Made by a program: the position numbers and the translations under genes. DNA of 64,000 nucleotides from Macrostomum lignano (taxonomy: Eukaryota), in NCBI GenBank assembly GCA_002269645.1, contig NIVC01001166.1, forward strand, positions 62,001-126,000, in the 5' to 3' direction. The stretch's first letter is position 1. Every line of letters begins with the position of its first letter. The notes under the pieces were generated by a model, which worked only from the letters and a program-made list of their open reading frames with translations, searched no databases and was not told where the DNA came from. Of this stretch, positions 52,171-64,000 are shown piece after piece.

Positions 52171-54765
52171 TCATCGCTGCCTAGCCGCGGAGAGCCGCAT
52201 GAGGCGGGCCACGGAGCCAAGCAGAAGGTTGACATCGGCGCTGATTTTTCGGCGCCGCGCCTGCTGCGCTACGGTGAGCGGCTCGACTCCGTTGCGCGGC
52301 AAGTCGTCCAGGCAGTCCTGCACCAGGCCGAGGTGACGCTCGATTCGCTGCAGCAGCGGCATCAGCGTGTCGCCCGGCTGCACCAGCCGGGCCAGCCTCT
52401 CTTGGGGCATCGATTTCAGAAACTTCAGCGTTCGCAAGCCGCCGCTCCGGCCGCCGCCGCCGCCGCTCCGGCCGCCGCCGCCCCTGGATTCCGCTTCGTT
52501 TGTCGACTCGCTAAGACGTCGCTGCTGAACAACGTCACCGTCGCCGTCGCCGCCGCCGCCGCTGCTGCCGCCGTCGCCGTCGCCGTCGCCGTCGCGACGA
52601 TTCCGGTGCCCCGGCCAGCCGCGATGGCGGCCTCCTTCAGCCGCTGACAGCTGCTCCGTGAGGTAGCGGCGCAGCTCCAGAATCGGCGAGTCGCTCTTGG
52701 CGTCCTCGTCTTCAACCTCCTCCGCATCCTCGCCTTCAGCGGCAGCTTCTGCCAGGAGGGCCTGCCGATTTTTGAACGGCATCAGCCGCGGCAGTTTGGC
52801 AGCCAATTCGGCCTCCTGCTGGACCGTCTGGCTGGTCCGCAAATAGTAAGCGTCCGTGTCGAACGAGCGAGCGAACACCTTCAGCAGCCGCTTGTAGCGG
52901 TGCGCCGCGCGTCTCACAACTTCGGCTTCGACTGGCGCGTTGGCGGCGCTGAAAGTCGCAACTTGGGCGTCCATCGACTGCAGGACGAGGGCGAATTTCT
53001 CCCAGGTGACGGCGCCGCTCAGGTAGGCGGCGCGTAGCTGGCCGAAATCGCGTAGAAAAGTGCTGTGCAGGTATCTGGTTTGGGGGCGAAGCATGTAGCA
53101 CTGTTGCAGTGGATTAGGGCAGGTTGTAGTGGATTAGGGCAGGTTGCAGTGGATTAGGGCAGGTTGCAGTCGATTAGGGCAGGTTGCAGTGGATTAGGGT
53201 AGGTTGTAGTGGATTATGGCAAGTTTCAGTGGATTAGGGTAGGTTGCAGTGGATTAGGGTAGGTTGCAGTGGATTAGGGTAGGTTGCAGTGGATTAGGGT
53301 AGGTTGCAGTGGATTAGGGTAGGTTGCAGTGGATTTGGGCAAGTGGAATGGACTTGGGAAAGTGGAGTGGATTAGGGCGGGTCGGAGTGGACTGGAGCAG
53401 GTTGGAGTGGACTGGAGCAGGTTGGAGTGGACTGGAGCAGGTTGGAGAGGACTGGAGCAGGTTGGAGTGGAATGGAGCTGGTTAGAGTTGGTTGGAGCTG
53501 GTTGGAGTGGACTGGAGCAGCAGGGCTGGAAGGCCAAACTGACCTGCCGTGCTGCGTATTGGGGTGCAGCAGAAACATGGCGGCGGCAGTGGAGTCGGCG
53601 TAGACGCCAGCCCGCATGATTCGCCAAGCGGCCGCGTAGACGGCGCTGCAGCAGACGCGGGACCAGCTGTCCAGCTGGGCGTAGCGGTCCGCCAGCCGCT
53701 GGGACAGGTCGTGCCAGGGCAGGCCGGGCCTCAGTCTGGTCCGCAGCCAGTCGCGCAGCTGCAGGAGGCTCTCGTGCACCTGGCGTTGATACGGGCAGCC
53801 GCCGCCTCGGTACCACGCGATCTGGGCGTCGATTTGATTGAGCGCGGCGCGCATCTGGTCGCCTGCGCAGTTGTCCGTGGGATCCGGGCCGCAGGCGGGA
53901 CAGCGGTACAGGTACAGGAACCTGCGGGCCGGTAAGCATTAATACTTTAGTTAGAGGCAGGGGCTGTATGCACCCTGGCGCACTTTAAGCGACATTGTCG
54001 CACAACCGGCGTGAGACATCGCTGCCCACTCCGTCGACTCCCCTGAGCAGGCACACAGGAGTGCACGGCGGCCCTAACTTTATTTATCGTTAGGCATGTA
54101 CACTTCACTGCGCCTTGGGGGTTGGCCCTCAATGGTGTAAATTGCACGAGCAGAGAGTCAAGATTCCAATTTAGCTCCAAATTAATTTGGCTGCACTTGG
54201 AATCGAGCCTGGGCCGCTGGCACATCAGAGCGCCGCGCTGGACCACTTCCAACACTAAAACACATTGAGCACACTGCAGGCATCACGGAAGTGAAAGTGA
54301 CACCCCAAAAAGCGGGACTGACACAGGTATATTCATTTAAAAAAGCACGGGAAACTCTACATGATGGGAAATTTCGAGTTTGTGAAAGCACCGCACGAAG
54401 CGAACTGCAGTGAACTGCCCAACCCACCTGTCAATGGGGCTGAGTATGGCCGGGTACTTGTCCAGCACGGCCGCCCAGTCGGGCTTCCCGGTCATGACTT
54501 CGCGCGTGGCCAGCACCGATCGGTAGATGTCGCAGTGATGGCCCGGCCGGTTTGCCACCGAGCGCAGCCTGCGCCCGATGGTGCCGGCCAGCAGCAGCGA
54601 GCACTGCTCATCGAACACAGCGGACAGCAGGCCCACGCTGCCCTTCACCCGGTGCCCGATGGCCGGCGCCGTCTCCGACAGGCTGTCCAAGCTGCGGAAA
54701 ACTTCCTCGAATGCCGCGATTCGTGCCGAGAGTACATTGAGCTGGTCCAGCACCGAAGGTGCCAC
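52171..54765 (-). CDS. Hypothetical helical protein, 3 exons (54765-54428, 53921-53544, ~53100-52171)
   Basis: Intron 54427-53922 is in phase (DR|FLYLYRCPACG). The second intron is repeat-filled, but the obvious sites disagree in phase, which implies an indel or another acceptor. Confidence 0.55.
53100..53520 (+). repeat. Two ~20-bp intronic repeats (gcaggttgcagtggattagg; ggagtggactggagcaggtt)
   Basis: Direct reading of the sequence. Confidence 0.9.
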
Positions 54766-55389
54766 ATCGGAGTCCTTGGCGGGGTCCGTGACTTAGGTTC
54801 TGGAGAGCTGGAGTTTGCTCAACTTGCTTTATTGACCGGAATGCGTACGTAGTGCACGCATGAGAATAGCGTAGTTTTCCTGATCGCTCGTCTGTAGCCA
54901 TGCAGTCTGTGGTCAAACCACCTCGGAACTTGGCGACAGACTGATTCGAACTGCTCATCTGAGTCTAAGAATAGCTTAGTTTATCAAAATGGAATCTTGG
55001 GTGAAGCAAAATTGTCAGCTAGTTTTAGACACTTTTTTCTGGACTGGGGTAATGTGATGATGCGATATGTAAAACATTTACCCAAGCTCAGGTGCGGCTG
55101 TCAAACAGTTCAATGGGCCCATCCGCAAGGAAACCAGAGTGAACCTGGGCATGTCCCAAAACAAAGAGTTTGCCCAAGCATTCAACTGTGGCCTATCGAG
55201 CAGCTTAAATCCAAAGGATAAGTGCACCTATTGGAAACACTTCAACTGAGACAGAAATTGTGCCCGCCGTGCTGACAATAAGCAGTTAAAGAAATAAACG
55301 GAGAAAATTCGATAGCAAAACAAATTTATTTATTTTTTGATGTAGCCGCTGGAAAAAGCTAAGGCGCCACCTTGCCAGCTGATTAGACT

Positions 55390-55635
55390 CCTCAGACGGC
55401 GCCCTCCGATGGCGCCCCGATGGTACCCCCCCCGATGGCGCTTTCCGATGGCGACCTCCGATGGCACCCCCTCTCGATGGCGCCCTCCGATGGCACCCCC
55501 TCCCGATGGCGCCCCCGATGGCGCCCTCCGATGGCACCCCCTCCCGATGGCGCCCTTCGATGGCACCCCCTCCCGATGGCGCCCTTCGATGGTACCCTCC
55601 CGATGGTGCCCCCGATGGCGCCCAACGATCGCCCC
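55390..55635 (+). repeat. GC-rich gatggc(a/g)ccc(c)tccc repeats
   Basis: Direct reading of the sequence. Confidence 0.85.
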
Positions 55636-55979
55636 CTCCCGATTTTCTGTACGTGGCTTTTCGATTCGACAAGGGAAGGCTCCTATGCTTTACGCGTATT
55701 ACATCAGTTTGCGGTGAGGATTGCTCCTGAAAAACTTTGGCTGGTGTTTCACATAGCATTATATTTTTTCATTAATTGTATATTTCTATTGCATATTTGA
55801 TCCTGACTACTTGCATGAGTAGGCATTTTATGTTTCTATTGTTAGTCGGCCGGCGTCCCGTATTGCGATTAGCCGCATAGAGAATCGATTGGACAACAAT
55901 GGAAGTGCGATGGAGCCAATGCATTTTATCATAGAATTGAATAGCTGCGAACTGCTTAGCAAAATTAAAGAGGGCAAAA

Positions 55980-57856
55980 TTAATCCCCATTGTCCGAGAC
56001 CGAACATTTGGCAAAAGTTTGCAGCTCGCTGCCAAATCGATCGGCCAAGCCAACCACCCGCTCTTCCCTGAGCAGCAGCCGCAGGCGCTGTTCGAGCGCT
56101 TGGTGCAGCAGGGCGTCAACCCGGTCAGTCTGCCGGCGCCACAGGTCCAGAAGCTGCTCGGTGGTGAGCTCAGCGTCCAGCTCCGGGACATCGTCTGCTA
56201 TCATCTGAGCGTCCGCATTTGACGCGGATGCCATCATGCGCCTCTGGCGCCGACTGTACTTTGGCTGTTCAGCTTGGAGACTGTTCGATCTTGATGTTGT
56301 CTGAAATTCAAACAGCTGCTGAACTCACTTTTTCAATTTAGCTTAGTGAAATTGTTCGAGAAGAACACTTTTTTATACAGCTGTAAATCATAAAAACCGG
56401 TCATCGACCAGAGCTTAAAGAGGTTCAAAGTGTACTAATCCACCCAATTTTCCTGTAGTTGAAAGTCAAATCCTGAGTATAGCTTGAACTCAAATCCGAG
56501 TAGCTTGAACTCAAATCCTCAGTAGCTTGAACTCAATCCCGAGTAGCTTGAACTCAAATCCTTAGTAGCTTGAACTCAAATCCTGAGTAGCTTGAACTCA
56601 AATCCTGAGTAGCTTGAACTCAAATCCTGAGTAGCTTGAACTCAAATCCTGAGTAGCTTGAACTCAAATCCTGAGTAGCTTGAACTCAAATCCTGAGTAG
56701 CTTGAACTCAATCCCGAGTAGCTTGAACTCAAATCCTTAGTAGCTTGAACTCAAATCCTGAGTAGCTTGAACTCAAATCCTGAGTAGCTTGAACTCAAAT
56801 CCTGAGTAGCTTGAACTCAAATCCTGAGTAGCTTGAACTCAAATCCTGAGTAGCTTGAACTCAAATCCTGAGTAGCTTGAACTCAAATCCTGAGTAGCTT
56901 GAACTCAAATCCTGAGTAGCTTGAACTCAAATCCTGAGTAGCTTGAACTCAAATCCTGAGTAGCTTGAACTCAAATCCTGAGTAGCTTGAACTCAAATCC
57001 TGAGTAGCTTGAACTCAAATACGAGTAGCTTGAACTCAAATCCGATTAGCTTGAACTTAAATCCGATTAGCTTGAACTCAAATCCTCAGTAGCTTGAACT
57101 CAATCCCGAGTAGCTTGAACTCAAATCCGATTAGCTTGAACTCAAATCCTGAGTAGCTTGAACTCAAATCCTCAGTAGCTTGAACTCAATCCCGAGTAGC
57201 TTGAACTCAAATCCGATTAGCTTGAACTCAAATCCGATTAGCTTGAACTCAAATCCTGAGTAGCTTGAACTCAATCCCGAGTAGCTTGAACTCAAATCCC
57301 GAGTAGCTTGAACTCAAATACGAGTAGCTTGAACTCAAATCCTGAGTAGCTTGAACTCAAATCCGAGTAGCTTGAACTCAAATACGAGTAGCTTTAGCTC
57401 AATTCTCAAGTAGCTTGAACTCAAATCCGAGTAGCTTGAACTCAAATACGAGTAGCTTTAGCTCAATTCTCAAGTAGCTTGAACTCAAATCTGTACAGCT
57501 CAAACACAAATCCGTACAGCTCAAACACAAATCCGTACAGCTTAAACTCAAATCCGTACAGCTCAAACGCAAATCCAACCATTAAAGCAACCATTGGCAT
57601 TTGATGGGTAAACTGTTGGCTTCAAACTCAGGCCCGAAGTGCTTCAAACCTCAGAAGAAGAGCTTACCGAGCTCAGTCCTATTGTCAGCTGACAGTCCAG
57701 CGATGGATCCGACAGCAGAGCAGAGCTTTCACTTGGCGTTATTGTTGAAGACGAGCTCCTGTCACTGTCAGAGAGCTGTGAGCAAGTCGCCGACAAATCA
57801 ATAACCGGTTGACTGAGTATTCCTAGTGGCGTCCTTGCTGGCTGCTCTGTTGGCAT
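55980..57856 (-). CDS. Hypothetical 169-aa protein, Ser-rich N-terminus plus helical C-terminal motif; exons 57856-57668 and 56300-55980
   Basis: Phase-0 intron TCG|GTAAGC ... tttcag|ACA joins the two ORFs in frame. The intron holds a 22-bp repeat. Confidence 0.55.
56468..57490 (+). repeat. 22-bp tandem repeat (gagtagcttgaactcaaatcct)
   Basis: Direct reading of the sequence. Confidence 0.95.
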
Positions 57857-59142
57857 CGTGGTTGCTGGCGCATCTCGCGCCTTCGTCCCTCGGCGACGAC
57901 ATTGAGAGCCTGACAACATCGAACCGGGGACTTTTACGTATGCTCTTCTGTAAAATGCCACCGTGTATGTTAGTAATATGTTGAGCACAAATGGCCACGG
58001 ACCATAGACATGAGCTGACTCTTCCGGGATAAAGACACGAAAACTTGAACTTATGACTTAAAATGCCACGATCATGGAGTTCTAAAAATAGCACGTGGAA
58101 ATGAGCAAAATTTTATCATTAAACACGAAACCTTCTGGAGCACGTATACGACATAAACTACTGTAAACTACTGCACTGCCCCAATTCTGTAGCTCTGCAT
58201 GTGACTGTGTGACTAGAAGGGTCAATTGGGAGTTGTTGGTAGGTCAAGCCAAAGGTAAATAAAAGGGAGAGTTTGGCTAAGAGTCATGGCTAAAAGTGAG
58301 GCTTTGATGCCAGAGCTCACAACTAGCTTTCAGGGCTGATGCTTCTTTGCCTTAAACATAATTTTATTTAAGAAATAAACATTAGTGAATGCACAAGGTC
58401 AAAAGCTGGATGTAGTTTATTAAAAAATTGAATTCCTTTCTTTGTTGCCTCCCCAACAGGGGGGGGGGGCGCAGATTGCTATTGTAATGATCCACTCTAA
58501 ATTTCTAATCTCGTAATCTCAAGCTTTCTTATAATCATCAACTGTTTACTCTTCCCTTGTCGCATGTTGGAATCAAGTAGATTTTACCAGCTCGTCAGTA
58601 CTCGTATTTCCTGTGGTGACGGAACTTCTCAGCAAGTGCTTTTAATATCCAGCCTTTTAAATGTTGAAATTAAAGAATCTAAAAGAATCTAGCTTGTACA
58701 AGAAGCAGTTTGTTAGCTCGCTTTATCGTGGAAATATTTATATTAATCTTGCACTACAATAAATTTTATCTACTTCAGAATTAGTGTTGAAAAAAGAAGA
58801 GCTTATTAAATTAGCTGCCACGTCACTAGGTGAGAAACTTATCTACTAGCGTAAAATAGATAAAACAAAAAGCATCTCACAAGCACATGAAACAAAGCAT
58901 TGTCAGCGTAGTTGGTAGGTCTTAGAAGCAAAAAAGTGCTATCAGCACTTTACACTAAACTAGCATCTCGCATTGGCCTGTCAGGAATGTCCACTATACT
59001 AAAAATGAGTCGTCCTTATACAGTATTCGCTCGTATATCGGTCGTTAGGAATGTTCTACCTAAAATTTCCAATGTTCATATACAAAAGTACTGTAACGTT
59101 CAACCTCTGCACACGCTCGATTCGAGCGCTTCGCGATTAAAG

Positions 59143-62100
59143 CTATTGGTCCAAATTGGCCTTGGAAATGTTCGAGTCACCAAACCGATTCTCAATGACC
59201 TGAAACGATGAGTTAATATTTTGTAGACAGTTCTCATCCGCCGACAGCAAGCGGCTTCTATCAGATAGCACCTGGAAAACTGCTGCGTCCGCACGCCGAA
59301 CTTGAGCAGCCAAGTAATCCAGCATGTCGGCCGCGTCACCAGACTGCAGGTTCCGCATCGACCTAGAATCTAGCTCAACAAACTCCTCCAACGGCGAAAC
59401 CAAAGATGATGGTACACCAATACCAGATGAAGGCATTGAATATCCGTCAAGAGTGGACAATGCCGAAACACCATCATAAAGCTCCGGACTAGGACTTGCA
59501 ATGCCCTGCGAATACCGAGGACTAGACAAAGGGACCGGAAAAAGTGTCGACGCCGATTTCCGCTCCGAATCAATATCCTCCTCTTCTACTAGAGCTGAAG
59601 CAGCGCCTCTCTCATCTACGCGACGTCTGTACTCGCCCAGCTCCGAGTCGAGTCGCTGCAGCACTACTCGCGTCGCATCTGGCTGCAGCGCCGCTCGCGA
59701 CTGCTCGACCGAGGTCACGACCGAGTTGTCGAACGGGCCTCCGATGCTTCTAAGCCGCGACAGTCGATCCGCCATCAGTCTGGCCACTTCCTCGTTCATT
59801 GACCTGTCTGGCTGCGCCTGTTGTTCTACTACTGCTGCGTCGTCCGGTATCACCTGCGTTTCCTCTTTCTCGTCCTCTGCTAAAGCGGCCGCCGTGGCGC
59901 CTCTCTCGTCTACGCGACGTCTGTACTCGCCCAGCTCCGAGTCGAGTCGCTGCAGCGCTACTCGCGTCGCATCTGGCTGCAGCGCCGCTCGCGACTGCTC
60001 GACCGAGGTCACGACCGAGTTGTCGAACGGGCCTCCGATGCTTCTAAGCCGCGACAGTCGATCCGCCATCAGTCTGGCCACTTCCTCGTTCATTGACCTG
60101 TCTGGCTGCGCCTGTTGTTCTACTACTGCTGCGTCGTCCGGTATCACCTGCGTTTCCTCTTTCTCGTCCTCTGCTAAAGCGGCCGCCGTGGCGCCTCTCT
60201 CGTCTACGCGACGTCTGTACTCGCCCAGCTCCGAGTCGAGTCGCTGCAGCGCTACTCGCGTCGCATCTGGCTGCAGCGCCGCTCGCGACTGCTCGACCGA
60301 GGTCACGACCGAGTTGTCGAACGGGCCTCCGATGCTTCTAAGCCGCGACAGTCGATCCGCCATCAGTCTGGCCACTTCCTCGTTCATTGACCTGTCTGGC
60401 TGCGCCTGTTGTTCTACTACTGCTGCGTCGTCCGGTATCACCTGCGTTTCCTCTTTCTCGTCCTCTGCTAAAGCGGCCGCCGTGGCGCCTCTCTCGTCTA
60501 CGCGACGTCTGTACTCGCCCAGCTCGAGTCGAGTCGCTGCAGCACTACTCGCGTCGCATCTGGCTGCAGCGCCGCTCGCGACTGCTCGACCGAGGTCACG
60601 ACCGAGTTGTCGAACGGGCCTCCGATGCTTCTAAGCCGCGACAGTCGATCCGCCATCAGTCTGGCCACTTCCTCGTTCATTGACCTGTCTGGCTGCGCCT
60701 GTTGTTCTACTACTGCTGCGTCGTCCGGTATCACCTGCGTTTCCTCTTTCTCGTCCTCTGCTAAAGCGGCCGCCGTGGCGCCTCTCTCGTCTACGCGACG
60801 TCTGTACTCGCCCAGCTCCGAGTCGAGTCGCTGCAGCGCTACTCGCGTCGCATCTGGCTGCAGCGCCGCTCGCGACTGCTCGACCGAGGTCACGACCGAG
60901 TTGTCGAACGGGCCTCCGATGCTTCTAAGCCGCGACAGTCGATCCGCCATCAGTCTGGCCACTTCCTCGTTCATTGACCTGTCTGGCTGCGCCTGTTGTT
61001 CTACTACTGCTGCGTCGTCCGGTATCACCTGCGTTTCCTCTTTCTCGTCCTCTGCTAAAGCGGCCGCCGTGGCGCCTCTCTCGTCTACGCGACGTCTGTA
61101 CTCGCCCAGCTCCGAGTCGAGTCGCTGCAGCGCTACTCGCTCGCATCTGGCTGCAGCGCCGCTCGCGACTGCTCGACCGAGGTCACGACCGAGTTGTCGA
61201 ACGGGCCTCCGATGCTTCTAAGCCGCGACAGTCGATCCGCCATCAGTCTGGCCACTTCCTCGTTCATTGACCTGTCTGGCTGCGCCTGTTGTTCTACTAC
61301 TGCTGCGTCGTCCGGTATCACCTGCGTTTCCTCTTTCTCGTCCTCTGCTAAAGCGGCCGCCGTGGCGCCTCTCTCGTCTACGCGACGTCTGTACTCGCCC
61401 AGCTCCGAGTCGAGTCGCTGCAGCGCTACTCGCGTCGCATCTGGCTGCAGCGCCGCTCGCGACTGCTCGACCGAGGTCACGACCGAGTTGTCGAACGGGC
61501 CTCCGATGCTTCTAAGCCGCGACAGTCGATCCGCCATCAGTCTGGCCACTTCCTCGTTCATTGACCTGTCTGGCTGCGCCTGTTGTTCTACTACTGCTGC
61601 GTCGTCCGGTATCACCTGCGTTTCCTCTTTCTCGTCCTCTGCTAAAGCGGCCGCCGTGGCGCCTCTCTCGTCTACGCGACGTCTGTACTCGCCCAGCTCC
61701 GAGTCGAGTCGCTGCAGCGCTACTCGCGTCGCATCTGGCTGCAGCGCCGCTCGCGACTGCTCGACCGAGGTCACGACCGAGTTGTCGAACGGGCCTCCGA
61801 TGCTTCTAAGCCGCGACAGTCGATCCGCCATCAGTCTGGCCACTTCCTCGTTCATTGACCTGTCTGGCTGCGCCTGTTGTTCTACTACTGCTGCGTCGTC
61901 CGGTATCACCTGCGTTTCCTCTTTCTCGTCCTCTGCTAAAGCGGCCGCCGTGGCGCCTCTCTCGTCTACGCGACGTCTGTACTCGCCCAGCTCCGAGTCG
62001 AGTCGCTGCAGCGCTACTCGCGTCGCATCTGGCTGCAGCGCCGCTCGCGACTGCTCGACCGAGGTCACGACCGAGTTGTCGAACGGGCCTCCGATGCTTC

Positions 62101-64000
62101 TAAGCCGCGACAGTCGATCCGCCATCAGTCTGGCCACTTCCTCGTTCATTGACCTGTCTGGCTGCGCCTGTTGTTCTACTACTGCTGCGTCGTCCGGTAT
62201 CACCTGCGTTTCCTCTTTCTCGTCCTCTGCTAAAGCGGCCGCCGTGGCGCCTCTCTCGTCTACGCGACGTCTGTACTCGCCCAGCTCCGAGTCGAGTCGC
62301 TGCAGCGCTACTCGCGTCGCATCTGGCTGCAGCGCCGCTCGCGACTGCTCGACCGAGGTCACGACCGAGTTGTCGAACGGGCCTCCGATGCTTCTAAGCC
62401 GCGACAGTCGATCCGCCATCAGTCTGGCCACTTCCTCGTTCATTGACCTGTCTGGCTGCGCCTGTTGTTCTACTACTGCTGCGTCGTCCGGTATCACCTG
62501 CGTTTCCTCTTTCTCGTCCTCTGCTAAAGCGGCCGCCGTGGCGCCTCTCTCGTCTACGCGACGTCTGTACTCGCCCAGCTCCGAGTCGAGTCGCTGCAGC
62601 GCTACTCGCGTCGCATCTGGCTGCAGCGCCGCTCGCGACTGCTCGACCGAGGTCACGACCGAGTTGTCGAACGGGCCTCCGATGCTTCTAAGCCGCGACA
62701 GTCGATCCGCCATCAGTCTGGCCACTTCCTCGTTCATTGACCTGTCTGGCTGCGCCTGTTGTTCTACTACTGCTGCGTCGTCCGGTATCACCTGCGTTTC
62801 CTCTTTCTCGTCCTCTGCTAAAGCGGCCGCCGTGGCGCCTCTCTCGTCTACGCGACGTCTGTACTCGCCCAGCTCCGAGTCGAGTCGCTGCAGCGCTACT
62901 CGCGTCGCATCTGGCTGCAGCGCCGCTCGCGACTGCTCGACCGAGGTCACGACCGAGTTGTCGAACGGGCCTCCGATGCTTCTAAGCCGCGACAGTCGAT
63001 CCGCCATCAGTCTGGCCACTTCCTCGTTCATTGACCTGTCTGGCTGCGCCTGTTGTTCTACTACTGCTGCGTCGTCCGGTATCACCTGCGTTTCCTCTTT
63101 CTCGTCCTCTGCTAAAGCGGCCGCCGTGGCGCCTCTCTCGTCTACGCGACGTCTGTACTCGCCCAGCTCCGAGTCGAGTCGCTGCAGCACTACTCGCGTC
63201 GCATCTGGCTGCAGCGCCGCTCGCGACTGCTCGACCGAGGTCACGACCGAGTTGTCGAACGGGCCTCCGATGCTTCTAAGCCGCGACAGTCGATCCGCCA
63301 TCAGTCTGGCCACTTCCTCGTTCATTGACCTGTCTGGCTGCGCCTGTTGTTCTACTACTGCTGCGTCGTCCGGTATCACCTGCGTTTCCTCTTTCTCGTC
63401 CTCTGCTAAAGCGGCGCCGTGGCGCTCTCTCGTCTACGCGACGTCTGTACTCGCCCAGCTCCGAGTCGAGTCGCTGCAGCGCTACTCGCGTCGCATCTGG
63501 CTGCAGCGCCGCTCGCGACTGCTCGACCGAGGTCACGACCGAGTTGTCGAACGGGCCTCCGATGCTTCTAAGCCGCGACAGTCGATCCGCCATCAGTCTG
63601 GCCACTTCCTCGTTCATTGACCTGTCTGGCTGCGCCTGTTGTTCTACTACTGCTGCGTCGTCCGGTATCACCTGCGTTTCCTCTTTCTCGTCCTCTGCTA
63701 AAGCGGCCGCCGTGGCGCCTCTCTCGTCTACGCGACGTCTGTACTCGCCCAGCTCCGAGTCGAGTCGCTGCAGCGCTACTCGCGTCGCATCTGGCTGCAG
63801 CGCCGCTCGCGACTGCTCGACCGAGGTCACGACCGAGTTGTCGAAACGGGCCTCCGATGCTTCTAAGCCGCGACAGTCGATCCGCCATCAGTCTGGCCAC
63901 TTCCTCGTTCATTGACCTGTCTGGCTGCGCCTGTTGTTCTACTACTGCTGCGTCGTCCGGTATCACCTGCGTTTCCTCTTTCTCGTCCTCTGCTAAAGCG
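59143..64000 (-). CDS. Large protein built of >=15 near-identical 98-aa repeats plus a unique ~150-aa C-terminus; start outside window; interrupted by single-base indels
   Basis: The 294-bp unit is stop-free in one minus frame and reads through into the unique C-terminus (stop at 59145-59143). Breaks occur only at 1-bp indels (~60525, ~61141, ~63415-63425, ~63845). Confidence 0.65.

Noticed and set aside
59200-59340. Horizontally acquired chorismate mutase call for the shared helical motif
   Set aside because: Only first-helix spacing matches, the key Arg is absent in this copy and the rest of the AroQ fold is not evident; kept only as a pattern note.
59501-63915. Plus-strand Ser-rich ORFs (up to 808 aa) and 82-aa ORFs over the 294-bp array
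   Set aside because: Antisense or alternate frames of the same repeat; the minus frame has protein-like composition and continues into a unique C-terminus.

Overview
Eukaryotic (metazoan) genomic DNA. GC-rich exons are separated by introns and spacers filled with many different short tandem repeats; this style suggests the flatworm Macrostomum, which is an inference. Bases 1 to ~8800 are a Polinton/Maverick-adintovirus-like element, cut off on the left by the window edge. It carries a protein-primed family B DNA polymerase (pPolB, ~1278 aa reconstructed) split by six canonical GT-AG spliceosomal introns. Three of these introns fall inside polymerase motifs A, B and C. The gene is transcribed divergently from a tandem PC4-like ssDNA-binding gene and two small orphan genes. 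No capsid, integrase, ATPase or adenoviral-type protease gene is visible in the window. The element appears to sit inside an intron of the host trichoplein (TCHP) gene. Host genes downstream are TCHP (3' exons), Pax2/5/8, a type I mucin-like membrane protein, an SLC1/EAAT glutamate transporter, an intronless divergent class A GPCR, a small zinc-finger-like protein and a minus-strand cluster of orphan helical proteins. That cluster ends in a coding 294-bp (98-aa) tandem array of at least 15 copies. Most long ORFs in the supplied track are artefacts of simple repeats or antisense reading.
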